Below are positions 26,061 to 39,728 of a DNA stretch of 64,000 nucleotides, one piece after another (positions within the stretch are counted from its first letter, which is position 1; each line of letters begins with the position of its first letter). The DNA is from the human T2T-CHM13v2.0 reference genome, Homo sapiens. The notes beneath the pieces are model-generated. The model saw only the letters and a list, made by a program, of their open reading frames with translations, had not been told where the DNA came from and made no database searches. The translations under genes were made by a program, and so were the position numbers. The stretch lies in NCBI RefSeq assembly GCF_009914755.1, contig NC_060933.1; one strand, written 5' to 3'.

Positions 26061-26704
26061 TCTCCCACCTAAGAGCCCTGAGAAGTAAAAAACAATATAT
26101 GTATATTTTGCAGAGTGATCTTAATCTGGAGTATTTTAATAGAGTATCTTAATCTGTTATTGAGAATAAAACCTAATTAAAATTAAAGTGGGGACACTCA
26201 GGGTCAGGACCAGAAAGAAACATTTGACGGAAGCTGCAGACCATGATCAGAAAAGCCAGGTGTTGATAGCGGCAGGTTGAAGCTATCATTTCAAAACAAG
26301 GAGAAGCCAACATTTCAGATCAGGAAGTGACAAAGAAAAACGGGACTCCAAACTAAGGAGCCAGGATAGAAAATGCAGCTACAGGCACAAGTACTACATT
26401 AAACGGCCTCATCTAGTGTCTGGTTGATTCTATCACACTGCATCTCTGTTAGCTGGAATTGCTTTTATTGGTTCATGTTAGGTGTTTCCCAAGGGGACAT
26501 ACAGGCCCCTCTCAATACCTGATAATAACTTGTAAGGCCTATGGTCAGACACTGTGTGATAAAGATAATCAAGGCCATATTGGTGTAATTCAATTGGCCT
26601 CATCAATTGACTTAACTTTGCCCTTGTGGGGTCCACCTTTCTAAATTTAATGTCCTGAGAGTGACTGAGTACAATATACTAGTCTTGAATTATAATAAAA
26701 TGGA

Positions 26705-26774
26705 TTTTTGTGTATCTATGTGTATGTGTATGTGTTTTCTTTTTGTGTATCTATGTGTATGTGTATGTGTTTTC
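26705..26774. repeat. Perfect 35-bp tandem duplication
   Basis: tttttgtgtatctatgtgtatgtgtatgtgttttc twice (26705-26739, 26740-26774). Confidence 0.95.
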
Positions 26775-27424
26775 TTTCTATTCCCCCTTAGAGAGCTTTC
26801 CACATATTGAAAATTTTAGGGAAATAATCTAATTAATTTTTGCTATAATGTATCCTGGATACATTGCGGATTTTGTTTAGTGATCAGTATATTTCACATA
26901 TTAGGTTCCTTCTAGACTTTATACTTAATACTTTCATGATTCTGAACTCAAAGCTTTTCTTTTCAAAAGTAAGTTTATCAAATGACTGGTTTCTTTGGCA
27001 TTGTGTCGGCAAAACCCTTAGTAGCTATTAATCCAAGACTTTTCCTTTTCATTTTAAAAACTCATGTTTCTCCAAGGAAAATTCAATCCACTTAATCCTC
27101 ATTGATTGGCATTTAGTGCTGCAAGATGATGTTTTGTGAGAACTCTGGGTGTCTAACCAGCAGTTTGATCAATTTGTTATGCTTCTTGTCATGCTAATCT
27201 TATTTTGCACCTGGAAGACATGTTTCCCTGAAGTCTTCTAACTTTGTTTAAAACCAGTGCCATCTTTGATTTGACAATGAAGAAACTGAGGCATGAGCTA
27301 TTGACTGTCCTGTATTATTCTGTGTTATTCACAACTCTGTGCTACAAAAATTCCTACACAACCAAATCTCATCTTTTTCTTTAAATAGAAAACGTGTCTT
27401 ATTTTTATTTATAACTGGCATATA

Positions 27425-27600
27425 TTTTTGTGACCTTGAAACACTCATTTTGGTTTCAAGATCCCTGAGCTTTAGTTCCCTTTCCTGTAAAATGGGGAAA
27501 ATAATACTTAACGTAAAGGTTTTTAATAAAAATGAGTTAAAATGATTTATGAAAAAGGACCCAGTGTAGTGCCAGGAATATAATAAATGTTCTGCAAATA
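27425..27600 (+). mobile_element. MIR SINE
   Basis: ctgagctttagttccctttcctgtaaaatggggaaaataatac...gtagtgccaggaatataataaatgttc. Confidence 0.75.
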
Positions 27601-27809
27601 CATATATATTTGAACCCTCCAGACAATATTGATGAAATCTGCATCAGACATGGAGAATGCTGTCTTAGAAAGTTCTGAGTGTCTTCACTACTCTTATACT
27701 TCTGTCTTTATTCTCACCTGCAAGTTATATTTGCAGAAAATTTATTATATTCCTGGCACTACACTGGGTCCTTTTCCATAAATCATTTAAACTCATTTTT
27801 ATTAAAAAT

Positions 27810-28020
27810 AAATATAGTACATATATTCATTCATATAGAATATAGAATATATATAGTGTGTATAGAGTGTATATATACAGTATATATAAATAGTATAGCA
27901 TATGTACTATACTATATATGCTATATAGTATACTATATATATAAAATACTGTATTATATATGTATACTATATTCTGGGCTATATATATCATACATAAATA
28001 TATATATTATATATTTATAC
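27810..28020. repeat. TA-rich low-complexity tract
   Basis: Degenerate (TA)n/tatac units. Confidence 0.9.
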
Positions 28021-28540
28021 ACTAGACATTTGAATATCTAGGGTTTTCATCATGTATTTCAAAAGTCCACAGAGGGTCTAAAGCAGAAACAGTTAACTGA
28101 ATAGCCAAGAAACTTTAAAAGAGCTGGAATTGACGAGGTGGTTGGGTACTCAGATAAAGCAACAAAGAATTTATCTTGAATTCTCTCTATATTGACCTTA
28201 AGAGTGAGTCCTAGGGATTAGAAGACATTTAATGTGGCAGGCATTTATGAATGAGTAGGTTTGGGGAATTGCTTGACTCTCTTCTCCCAAGTACACACCC
28301 CCAAGAGTAAAAGAACACTTATGTTTCTATGTAGTTTACTTTTTCACATGTAAATTCAATGGGGTGACTAAACTAGTTGCCATTTTCTATTTGGCTACCA
28401 CGAAACTTAGGGAAAAAAATGAGGGAACATTATTACCAGATGTGTGGTTTACAAGAGTCTAATGTTTATCCTCATTTGTTGTTCATCCATTATAAATACT
28501 ATATTTCAATGTTTTATATGTCTTTGAATGCAACTCTAAA

Positions 28541-28668
28541 GCAGCACACCAGCATGGCACATGTATACATATGTAACTAACCTGCACATTGTGCACATGT
28601 ACCCTAAAACTTAAAGTATAATAATAATAAAATAAAAAAAGAAGAAAAAATAAAAAAATTAAAAAAAA
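28541..28668 (+). mobile_element. Extremely 5'-truncated primate L1 (L1PA3-like) 3' end with poly-A
   Basis: gcagcacaccagcatggcacatgtatacatatgtaactaacctgcacattgtgcacatgtaccctaaaacttaaagtataataat plus A-tail. Confidence 0.93.
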
Positions 28669-28879
28669 TAAAGTTTTCTTATAATAATAATGTGTGCATA
28701 AAGAATGAATGGTTAAATCCCCATCTAAAATACTAGTTTGTACAATTTCATCTCTATTTAGTACCTAGTCTTGTAAAAGTACATAATTCTTAAATCCCAG
28801 CTTATATTGTTATAAAGACATGTGAATGGATTTTGTAACTTATGGGCAGTTCTATAGATAGACTCTCAGAAAGGACTAG

Positions 28880-29058
28880 AACAAGGATTCCAAACATATC
28901 TGTATATTGAAATTATTCAGAGAGATTTTAAAATACTGATGTCTGTGTCCCATCCTCAAAATTTGTGATTTCATTAGTCTATAGTGCAATCTGGGCTTTA
29001 GAGTTTTTAGAAGATACCCAAGTAATTCTAATAAACATACAGATTCAGAAACCACTGG
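28880..29058. mobile_element. MER5-like DNA transposon
   Basis: ttttaaaatactgatgtctgtgtcccatcc...ccaagtaattctaat...gattcagaaccactg. Confidence 0.7.
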
Positions 29059-29574
29059 GTTTGAAGCAGAGCCTAGAAAGGCTCCAGGATTATTTTTCCT
29101 TATTTCATCACTACATTTCTGTTTGAATTTTTTTATCTAGACCAATGACTTTTTAGGTCTTTTGCTGGAATGTTTAAAAACACGGCCACAGCCCAGGTCC
29201 CAAATTTTCATGTTGTGAGAGTAATCATAAAGGGATTACTAGTCCTAATTCCAAATTCCAATGACAAAAGACTGAATTGTCTTATCATGAGTCTAATTGT
29301 TATCCTATAGACCAATAAGTCCTGAGATCGTGAGCAGAACTCTATAAACATGGATACTAGTGGCCCAGTCCCATGGGTGGAGAAGGCATCTGTTTCCAAA
29401 GAAAGTAGAGTTACAGTGAGCTGGGAAGACACCAGTGAAAAGTGTATGTATAGGGACCCTATTAAAGCTCACAAAATAATCCTGAGATTGACATCTTCCC
29501 TTATTTTCTAAACGTGAACTCCTCATCTATCTGCTGTGTTATCTGCAAATTAGCATCACTCTCCATGAGAATTG

Positions 29575-29820
29575 AAATGATCACAAAAGGCATTTACTTA
29601 GTGCTTATTAAGGACTAACAATGCACTAACATTTTAGGTAGTCATTTCTTGATATCCTCACAAGATTCCTATAAGTAGCACTAGTATCTCATTTTAAGCA
29701 TGAGTAAACTGAGTCATGAAGATGTTAATATCTTATCCAAAGACACTCAAATAAAAAAATCGCGGTATCAAGTTTTAAAAGAGGCTGGCTGATACTGGAG
29801 CTGCAGTTGTTAACTGTTAC
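29575..29820 (-). mobile_element. MIR SINE
   Basis: catttacttagtgcttatta...atcctcacaag...ctcattttaagcatgagtaaactgagtcat. Confidence 0.75.
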
Positions 29821-31434
29821 AGTGCCATGAAAACAAATATCCCCTTCTCAGAGATAGCCCCAGGAAAACTCAACTATATACCAGTGGTAACTGAATTCGC
29901 CAAGTCACCAACATCTGAAATGCCCATGATAACCCAGATAGCTTCCATAACAGGGGATTGGACCAGCTCTTTCAACCAGCCTCTAAGAGCCAATTGACTT
30001 ATTCAATTTGAAACATCCATGATTGAAGATAATGTAGGCTCAAAATACTAGGGTCTTGATATACTTGAAAGTAACCAAGTCAATTCCCAACCTCGTTTCC
30101 TACACTACCTTCTCTTTATTCATTTTGTAGCACAAAAGCCCAGAGGCTCAATGAGAGCAAGTCACTTAACCATTGTCATGGAGTAAGCGATTAGAAGATT
30201 CTTAAACATTAACAAAAAGTCACTATGAGATAAAAGCAGTTCTAACTGATAAATTACCTTGAGTGCAGCTTTGACACTGAGGTGTAAAGATATTTATTTT
30301 CCAGAAAATTAACACAAGCAGAATTTGCCCCCTAGTTATTTGAGGAAGCAAATTCCAAATTAGCCCCATGTATCTAATACCCATCTCTGGAAGAGTTTAC
30401 ACTCAAGTCCTAGGGCTCTTTCCCCATTTGCTTGTACAGCGGATGCCCTGCATTTAGCTGTCTGTTGCAATATTTAGTAATTAAATGCTAATTCATTGGT
30501 GTGCTCCTTCATTTACTTTCTAGTTGTTTTCTTATAAATATTTTTATTACTTTCATTAATAATTAAAATTTATCTAGCAGTTTCCAAAAACATTTCTTCG
30601 CTGGAAATAAACAAGAAATAACAATAACTGTTACCACTCTAGTGTATGGAGCTGTTCTCCTCTCTCTGTGCTTATCTCATCATGTTTCTAAGATTTATTG
30701 GAAGAACTCCCCATGTTTTCATTATATCAAGCCCACATCCCTGTTTATTGATTTAAAGTGTGTCTCATGGAGGTAGTCTCTTCAATTCTCCTGCCTGTAA
30801 CCGTAGGTGGCTATTGTGTGCCTTCCAATAATAATGTGTTACTATCTCTCACTACCCTTTGATCGAGGTGCTCTCCTTGGAGTCTAACTTAAGTGATTTT
30901 AAAAATTTTATCCCCAGTAATGAGTGTGATGTGAGTAATAGCCATACTGATTACCTAACTATAAAATCAGGCAACATGTGAGTATCTCGTCTCTTGCAGA
31001 TTACAAAAGTGTTAAAAAAAAAAAAAAAAGCGGCAACTGGAAATGATGTGGCATCATCAACACTGATTGTATTCTATAAACTACAGTTGTGCTTGCTCCC
31101 TGAGAGTTTAATATCTGTTCATGGACACCCACAATTAGCATATATAAATAACTTGATCATCTCTCTAAATCACTTAACCTTATTATGCATATTGAACTGT
31201 ACTGCTAAAGATTTTCTACATTCTTCTGCCCATATGAAACCTAACTTTCAGACCTACATTGAGTGTTCATGCCTCAGTGATTATGGGTGTTTATATTAGG
31301 TTTTTATATTAGGTTTATATTATAATACTATCTCATTTTGTCATCACTTCCTATGGCAGAAAGTGCTAGTTTTCTACCAAAATTTATTCTCTCATTCTTT
31401 ACAATAATGAAGTTCAAGATGGTTCCATGGCCAT

Positions 31435-32203
31435 TGTCTTAGTCCATTTTCTTCTGCTATAACTGAATACCACAGACTGGGTAATTCTAAATAACAGAAG
31501 TTTTTCTGGCTTATGGCAATAGAGGCCTGGAAGTCCAACAGCATGGTGACAACATAGGCTATGCCTTTGGGCTGCATCCTCCCACGGTGAAAGGGCAAGT
31601 GTATTAGCTTGTTCTCACATTACTATAAAAAACTACATTAGACCAGGTAGTTTACAAATAAAAGAAATTTAATTAACTCACAGTTCTACAGGATTTACAG
31701 GAGGCATGGCTAGGGAGGCTTTGGAAACTTACAATCATGGTGGAAGTTGAAGAGTAAGCAAGCACATCTTCACATGACAGAAGAGAGACAGAGAGCATGA
31801 AGGCAGAAGTGCTACACACTTTCAGACAACTAGATCTCATGAGAACTCACTCACTATCATGAGAACAGCAAGGGTGACATCTTGATTTCCCCCATGATTC
31901 AATCACATCCCACCAAGTCCCTCCCCAGCATTGGGAATTACAGTTCAACGTGAGATTTGGGTGGGGACACAGAGCCACACCATATCAGCAGGTGAGAATA
32001 CAAGACAGAAAGAGGAAGGGTGGAAGCTGACAGGAGTCCACTCCTGTCATTACTAACTCACTCTCATGATAACAGCACTAATCCATTCATGAGGACAGAG
32101 CCTTCATGACCTAATCACCTCTCAAAGGTCCCACTTCTTAATATCATCAAAATGGCAATTACATTTCAACATGAATTTTGGAGGGGACATTCATACCATA
32201 GCA
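31435..32203 (-). mobile_element. MSTC-like MaLR LTR split by MSTA
   Basis: tgtcttagtccattt...ctgctataactgaataccacagactgggtaatt ... catgaattttggaggggacattcataccatagca. Confidence 0.8.
31600..31987 (-). mobile_element. MSTA-like MaLR solo LTR
   Basis: tgtattagcttgttctcac...gagatttgggtggggacacagagccacaccatatca; TSD gcaag/gcagg. Confidence 0.9.
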
Positions 32204-34496
32204 GTTGTTAAGCTAGAAACTTCATTTACTAGAGACTTGCAGCTGGGGATGGCCATGGAAACTAGGCTATTTCCAAGTGACTGTAGTCAGAAGTTATGTG
32301 TGTGACTTCTGCCTCCCTGAACTTATATAAAACTAATCTATCATAACTGCACATCTTTCTTCTCCTGCTGGCTGGAACATGGATGAGCCTGTGACCCCGC
32401 TCCACAGGTATAAACAAGGACAGCAATAATAAAATAGCAAGAAGTTTCAAGAAACCCAGGCCTCTATATTACTTCAAGGAATAGAGCAATTCCCAACCTG
32501 AAATGCTACCTCATGATGCTAGATGCGAGATAAATAAATTTTCATTTTCTTGATAACTTTTTATGTTGGGGTCTCTTTCTTGCAATAGCCAAACATTTAC
32601 CTTCAATAGTGCACTCCTTCATATAAGAGTGCAGGATAAAAACATATTTTGATAAATATTTGATAAAAACATATTTTAACCAACTTAACTGACTTTATGC
32701 TCACACAAATGATGAAAGACATTTTTATTTATCTTTTTTTTGGTAGAGATTAGAAAACTGAGGCTCATAGACATTCACTGATGCGCACGCTGCGACGCAG
32801 TGAGAAATCTGGAACTTGCAGTACTTCTGACACCAAGCCCAAAGGTCTTGCTCAAATACTACATAATCTCTGCCCTGATAAATTGCCATGTACATTGAGA
32901 TTTGCAAAGCAAAATGACAGTTTTCTATCTCAGATGAGAGACAGAAATATTAATTATAGAATAATTATATAATCAGCAGTGGTACTGAGTGTAAAGTGAG
33001 ATAATTATAAGGAATGTAGGGATAAAATTTCATGAGGGCTGAAAGGTAGAAGAGGCTACCTTTTTAAAAATAACTTTTACTTTTTTAAAGTTCATTGAGA
33101 AGATTCAGGTAAAGCTCTATAGAGAAGACGGACTTTGAACCAAGTCTCAAAGGATGTGAATTTACAATGAGGCATGGAAAATATATTTCAGGCAGAGGAG
33201 AAACTATAAAAAATAGGCAATAAAGCAGCCCAATAAATGCAGTTGTTTTAATGTTGGGAGGTAGCCACATTCCAGTAATATACTTGGAATTTCTGGACAG
33301 ATTCAATCTTAAATCCTTCCTGTGGAATACTAACCATGAGACTCTGGGCAAATTGTTTAACTTCCCTCAGAGTCTTCTTTTTTTTTCTGTAAAATGGGAG
33401 CAAGAAAGCCCACTTAGAAAAAAACCCTATGATATTATAATATGCCTTTTGCCCATTGTTACTCCATTAGCATGGCTAAACTATTCTAAGGCCTTTCTTC
33501 CTTCAAACTCTGACATGAGTGCCTGCTTGCCCATATGCTGATTTAAGATTTTCTATCTAAGGGTAGGTAACACATGCACTGGATTCAGTTGATACAGGTA
33601 CGAACTCTAATTGCTTTTTCTTGAATAAAGAAATGAATCAATATGAACAAATAAATACATAAAGTGATACATCAGGCTCAGCTTCCTATATAATCATTTT
33701 CATTTTTGCATTTTTATTTGTGAATCCACAAAGTTTCTTGCTTCATTTCCTTACATCTTTGCAAAGTCTCTGCTTGCAATATTATTATTATTACTATTAT
33801 ATTTGTTGTCTAACTAAACCAACCCCATCCTTTGCATAAGACACCTGAGTGTAAAGAGATAATATTTTTCCTTCTCTGAGTGGGATTTAAAGAGGATTCA
33901 GCACTCCTCTTCATTTGTACAGCCCAAGTTATAATCACTGTTTTTTTCTAGCCACCATTTCTTTTTCATTATTGTTGGAATTCTCTTTAAAAGAGTGGAA
34001 CCCAGATAATGCCTCTGTTTCCTGTGACCCACATTGCTCAGGAACGATGTCATATAGTGGCAAGTTTGTGTAGGATCTGATACCAGAGGTCCAGATGCTT
34101 AAGCAAAGGATATGTGGTATCAGTTGCAGTTAACTATAGCATCAGTAGCAACCCTTCTTCTTTTTTTGAATTTGTCTATGTCATTTCTAGTATCACTGCA
34201 GCATTTCTAGGAAATGTGTCCTCACTCAGTGTACTGAAGGAACTTGAGAAAGTTATTTATTTTATTTCAGCTTGTTTGCTTTCCAGATTTCTTCTCGTAT
34301 TATGGCTTTTAAATGAGTCAATGAAAACAATGATGTATAGATGCAGTTTACGTGTACCTCTTGAACTCTTCTTGGAAAAACTCATCAAGATTAGTTTTTA
34401 AAATTTGTGATTCATGTATTTTACTGAGAAAAATAAAGCACTTTCCTAAAATACAGTGCAAATAATTGCAAGATGACCATTGATTCTATGTCCTAA

Positions 34497-34794
<298 letters not shown>

Positions 34795-35699
34795 CTCACT
34801 TTATGTTTTTAAACCAAATTGTGTTTACTGGCAAAGTGAATAAGTTGAGCTAGATGATTTCTAAGGACAGTTTTTAGGACCATTATTCTATAAGCAAAAC
34901 AAGATAAACTATAAACACACAGAACTGAGCAGGTGGTAAATAAATGTACTGTAGGTCACACAAGCTTAGGGAATTTAAATGACATGCAGGTGAGACTCAA
35001 ACCTGGGTATTCAAGCCTCCCTCCCTCCATCAGTGATGGTGATCTTGGTAATGTCTTGTGTTTGGGAGAGCAAAGCTTCAATCTTTCTGCAGTCTTTAGC
35101 ATGGTGTTCAAAGAATTTAACAACGCTTGTCTCTGACATTCTATTTTCTGCATCATCTTTCACCACTATTGCCCCAATTCCTTATATTCATGCCTCACCA
35201 GAATAGCATTGTCATGCCTCCATTCTGTTTCACACTATCCTGTCCCCAAGACCCTGTCAGTGCCATTGCTTTTGCCTATACCATTTTACCTGTCAAGCAC
35301 CAAAAGTGGACATTTTATTCATTTTCTATTTCCTCTAACTTTCACAGACTCCTTACTCCCACTGGCTTTTTCTGCATACTTTGGTCAGCAAAAAAGGCAT
35401 GACTTGAGCTGGAAAGCTGGCATCAAACTTGTGACAAGAGTAAAGTCTTACTGAGATCTAGAATTGGGTCAGGGTAGTTATACAGAGAACCATAGCAAGA
35501 GAGTTAATGTGGCCAAAGTCTAGATAGGAAGTTGAAAGTCATGGCTGAGTTTAGTGTGGAATGTCAGTCTTGAAAAGGGCTCAGTTGGGATTTTTTTTTT
35601 ATGATAATAACATCACCATTTCTTGAGTTCCTCTTATAGAAAAAAATAGCTAGCTTAAATATTTTACATCAACTATTAATTCTCCAGAACTGATGTGCC

Positions 35700-36250
<551 letters not shown>

Positions 36251-36940
36251 ATCGTCATGATCACTATCATTACATTATTATTATTACTGTTATTATTCTG
36301 TGTATCAACCTTATGAGATAATAATATTTACTATTGATCTTTTACAATAAATATTTAACCACTAATTATGCTAATTTTTCAGTGAATACCTAATGTGCTT
36401 CAGCTTCCTCTAGATGAAGAGGTTTAGATGTGTACTTTTCTAGGAAAGAGAAAGTTAGAGGATCCATGCTTGATCCTTTATTTCCTGCTCTTTTCCCAGC
36501 AAATTATGGAAAGGGACAGGACACCACATAGGATTCTAAAAAATAAAACTCCAAGACTTTCCCACCTAGTCCAGCTCTGGCCATTCTTCCTGGAATGGGC
36601 CCGTGTGATTTGCTTCCCCCAGACTTCAAGCTGAAACCAGCTTCCCAGATGTGGAAACACAGAGCTCAGCCCCACCACTTAGCACTGAGGTTCTTTTCCT
36701 GCTGATCAATTCTGACCTTCTGTTTTGAAGTTTAAAAGCCTCCAAAGCCTCCTTGGACATCAAATAGCTCTTCCAAATGCCATTTGGGCAATTTAAATGC
36801 AAATGAATTGGCAATATTTGGGCTGCTTCCAGTTAACTTGCATGTGCTTTCCCAAATGAAAGGGGAAGTAGGGCTGGAGCAACCTTCTTTCCTGGACTGT
36901 TTGGTGTCAAATTAAAATTGCACAGGGCACTTGTTAAAAA

Positions 36941-37424
36941 TGTCAATACAGATTTAATCTAGGCTACCGCAGTAAATGACAAAAATGAGAAAGATTTCAG
37001 TACAGGACTGAGCTCAACTTCGCTGAAACAAAAGGTGGGCCTTTATTAGGACTTCAGTGAGCTAGTGGAAAATTACTGGAGATTAGTGGTCAAAGCGATC
37101 AGGCCATCTGTATTTGCTAATTTTCCCCTTTTTAAGTTAGGCTCCTACCATCATCCCACCAAAATGGGGAGATAGGAGCACTATCTCCCTTGTTTACGTG
37201 TCTTGGTTACATGTCTCCAAGTCCTGGAGAAAGACATTGCTGGGTTATAAAATTACAAGAGGCTAGAAAAAGTTTACATTTCAAAGGGACAGAGAAAAAA
37301 TTTACAATGACAAGTTTTCTAACTTAAACGTTTTATAAGAAAAGTGAGGTCAGGGGCCTATCATAAGGAAGAAATCTATCTAAATTTAGCCAAGCTGAGG
37401 GGAACACACTAAGGCACTTGGTCA
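36941..37424 (-). mobile_element. ERV1 solo LTR (MER67/MER31-like)
   Basis: Reverse strand starts tgaccaag...gttcccctcagcttggctaaatttagatag...taggcccctgacctc. Confidence 0.75.
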
Positions 37425-37984
37425 GTGGTCTTCCAAAATGTTTTAAAAAATTAATTTAAGACATTTGAACACTCATGATCTGAATATAGCCTGCTTTGGT
37501 TTCAAAACAAGTAGAAGTGAGAATTTTCACCCGAGGAAAGGAGATAGCAAGGGCACATAGCCAGAAAGAGATATACATCGGGAGGAAGGGGGAAGAAATT
37601 AGATTTTTAGTTCTGTCTTTGCTACTAGTTATTTGGATGACCTTGAAAAATTTCATTCATCTTTCTGGGCCTCAGAGGTAGCTGACTTCCATAAGTCTCT
37701 ACGGATCATTTGAGATCTCTTATTTTTTAGGATTATATGACTCTATGCATGCAACTCTGGTAGGGAGAAAAAAACACTTAAGGAAGATAGCTGCATTTCT
37801 TTTAGGGATAAACGTCTTTCTTTTTGAAAATTATTTAATGGACCTTATAAAAGGTTGTAAAAGGGAGGGATTTGTTTCACCTCTCTGGTAGAGACTGAAA
37901 CTGAGGAAGTAAAATTCCTTGGAGTATGAAAATAACAGGGAGTTTTTGTTCCTCTAGGTTTCTTGGAAAACCCAGAAGTTTGGT

Positions 37985-38185
37985 GAGAGTGATAATAATG
38001 TTAATAGCTCATAGCCTTCTGTTACTTTTGAAAATGTTCCCAATACTGTTTCACCTATATGAACTCATTTACTCTTTAGCACAACCCTTTGTGGTAGGTA
38101 TTATCTCCATTTTATAGATGTAACTTGCTGGAAGCCTCACAACTAGAAAGTGATGACCCTAAGCTACAACCTCAGGTAGCTCCAG
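37985..38185 (-). mobile_element. MIR SINE
   Basis: gaactcatttactctttagcacaaccctttgtggtaggtattatctccattttatagatg. Confidence 0.75.
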
Positions 38186-39328
38186 ATAGTGTGGCAAAGG
38201 CCTTAAAAAGAGATCACAGGCTAGGGTTCATGGAGCCAGAAATCAGTAAGAGGTTCCTAGGGAGAGGATGGACAATGAATTGTTCATTAATTCCAGTTGT
38301 ACCAATCTCAGAGGTTCAGTTTTAAGTAGCTCTTTCTTGGTGTTTTCTTTCAGCTTTGTTATCCCTAAACTTTCAGGAAAAATAAGTAGATCACCCTCAA
38401 AGATACTGGGTTACAGATGTTTGTCGAGTGAAGCATTGGAGATCAGGTTTATGCATTGACTAAAACTAAATCAAGGCAAAAGAGGAACAAAGTTGAAAGA
38501 GGAGAGAGGCCATAAGGATGATGGCAGAAGGGAGGGAAGTCAGTGTGACCAACTAGGGGCCACAGAGTATTCAGAGCTGATAAAGAAAATGTATAGAAAA
38601 AAAGTTTAAATTGAAAAATAACAAGAAGCTCACAGAATCATTTAAACTCCACCACCAATCAGGAAATGCTTACAATTACAAGAAGAAGCCTGGGCCCAGA
38701 AATTGTATGGTATGAAGTCTACCCCATCCACCCTTGGAGAAACTTGAAGCAGACTTCAGGCTGCTCTTAGATTTAGGAATATTTGCATTATAGGCAACCT
38801 CTCCATCCCTGGAACTGTGTTGCAAATTCAACTTTCTGAATCCTCCCTCACCTTCAAAGATCAGTTCAGATCTATTGCTCATCATAAAGATTTTCTTATC
38901 CTTCCAGTCAACATTGATCTCTTCCTTCTTTGAACTCCAAGAAGCACTTACAGGCTAAACAGCCTAATCTGGCACTTGCTCTAGTTTTGCGTTGTAAATT
39001 AACTGCTTTATGTAAAGCAGTTATTTCTCCCAGCCTGAAACACAAAACTTGTCTTGATCTCATTATCCTTTTTCAAAATGTCTAGGACTAGACTGAGCAC
39101 CTTGTAGTTGTATCAAATTTACTTGTGCATGCATTTATCTATCAAGCATTTTAACACATAGAATTTTCATAGAACTTTACAAAAAGTTTTCATAAACAAT
39201 GCTATTGAATTAGATGCTTCCTATCTATCTATCCTATCTTTAAATCCAATAAAGAATTTGAGATACATTTTTGCTCTTGTGTAACGAACTCAAACTCATT
39301 TCTCTCTTTCATATATATATATATAAAA

Positions 39329-39728
39329 TATAGTGGTTTGGATGTATCCCCCAAAGTTTGGGGAAACTCAATCCCAATGCAACAGTGTTGAGACGTGTGA
39401 CCTTTAAGATGTTAGGTCATGAGGGCTCTGCCTTTTTTAATAGGCTAATATCATGTGCGTGAGCTTGGGTTAGTGTTTACCAAAGTGTGTTTCTTATAAA
39501 AGGATACATTTTATAATTTATAATTTCCTTCTTTCTCTTTTTCATCCATGCTCTCTTGCCCTTCTGCCTTCCACCATGGGATGGTGCAGCAAAAACACTC
39601 TCACCAGATGTGAGCCCCCTTGACCTTGGACTTCCTGGCCTCCAGAGCTTTAAGAGATAAGTTTCTGTTCTTAATAAACTACCCAGACTCACATATTCTG
39701 TTACAGCAACATGAAGCAGACAAAGACT
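39329..39728 (+). mobile_element. MSTD-like MaLR solo LTR
   Basis: tggtttggatgtatcccccaaagtt...gcccttctgccttccaccatgggatg...ttctgttacagcaacatgaagcagacaaagac. Confidence 0.85.

Larger units (their letters stand above)
31352..32613 (+). mobile_element. MLT1J/I-like MaLR LTR split by nested MST LTRs
   Basis: 5' part tatggcagaaagtgctagttttctaccaaaatttattctc; resumes after 32203 with cttgcagctggggatggccatg...cagaagttatgtgtgtgacttctg. Confidence 0.65.

Noticed and set aside
27679-28041. 120-aa Y/I-rich ORF
   Set aside because: Artefact of the TA-rich low-complexity tract.
32635-32676. Short local repeats (gataaaaacatatttt twice; also small tandems near 3847, 15328 and 50979)
   Set aside because: Ordinary slippage products of 9-16 bp.
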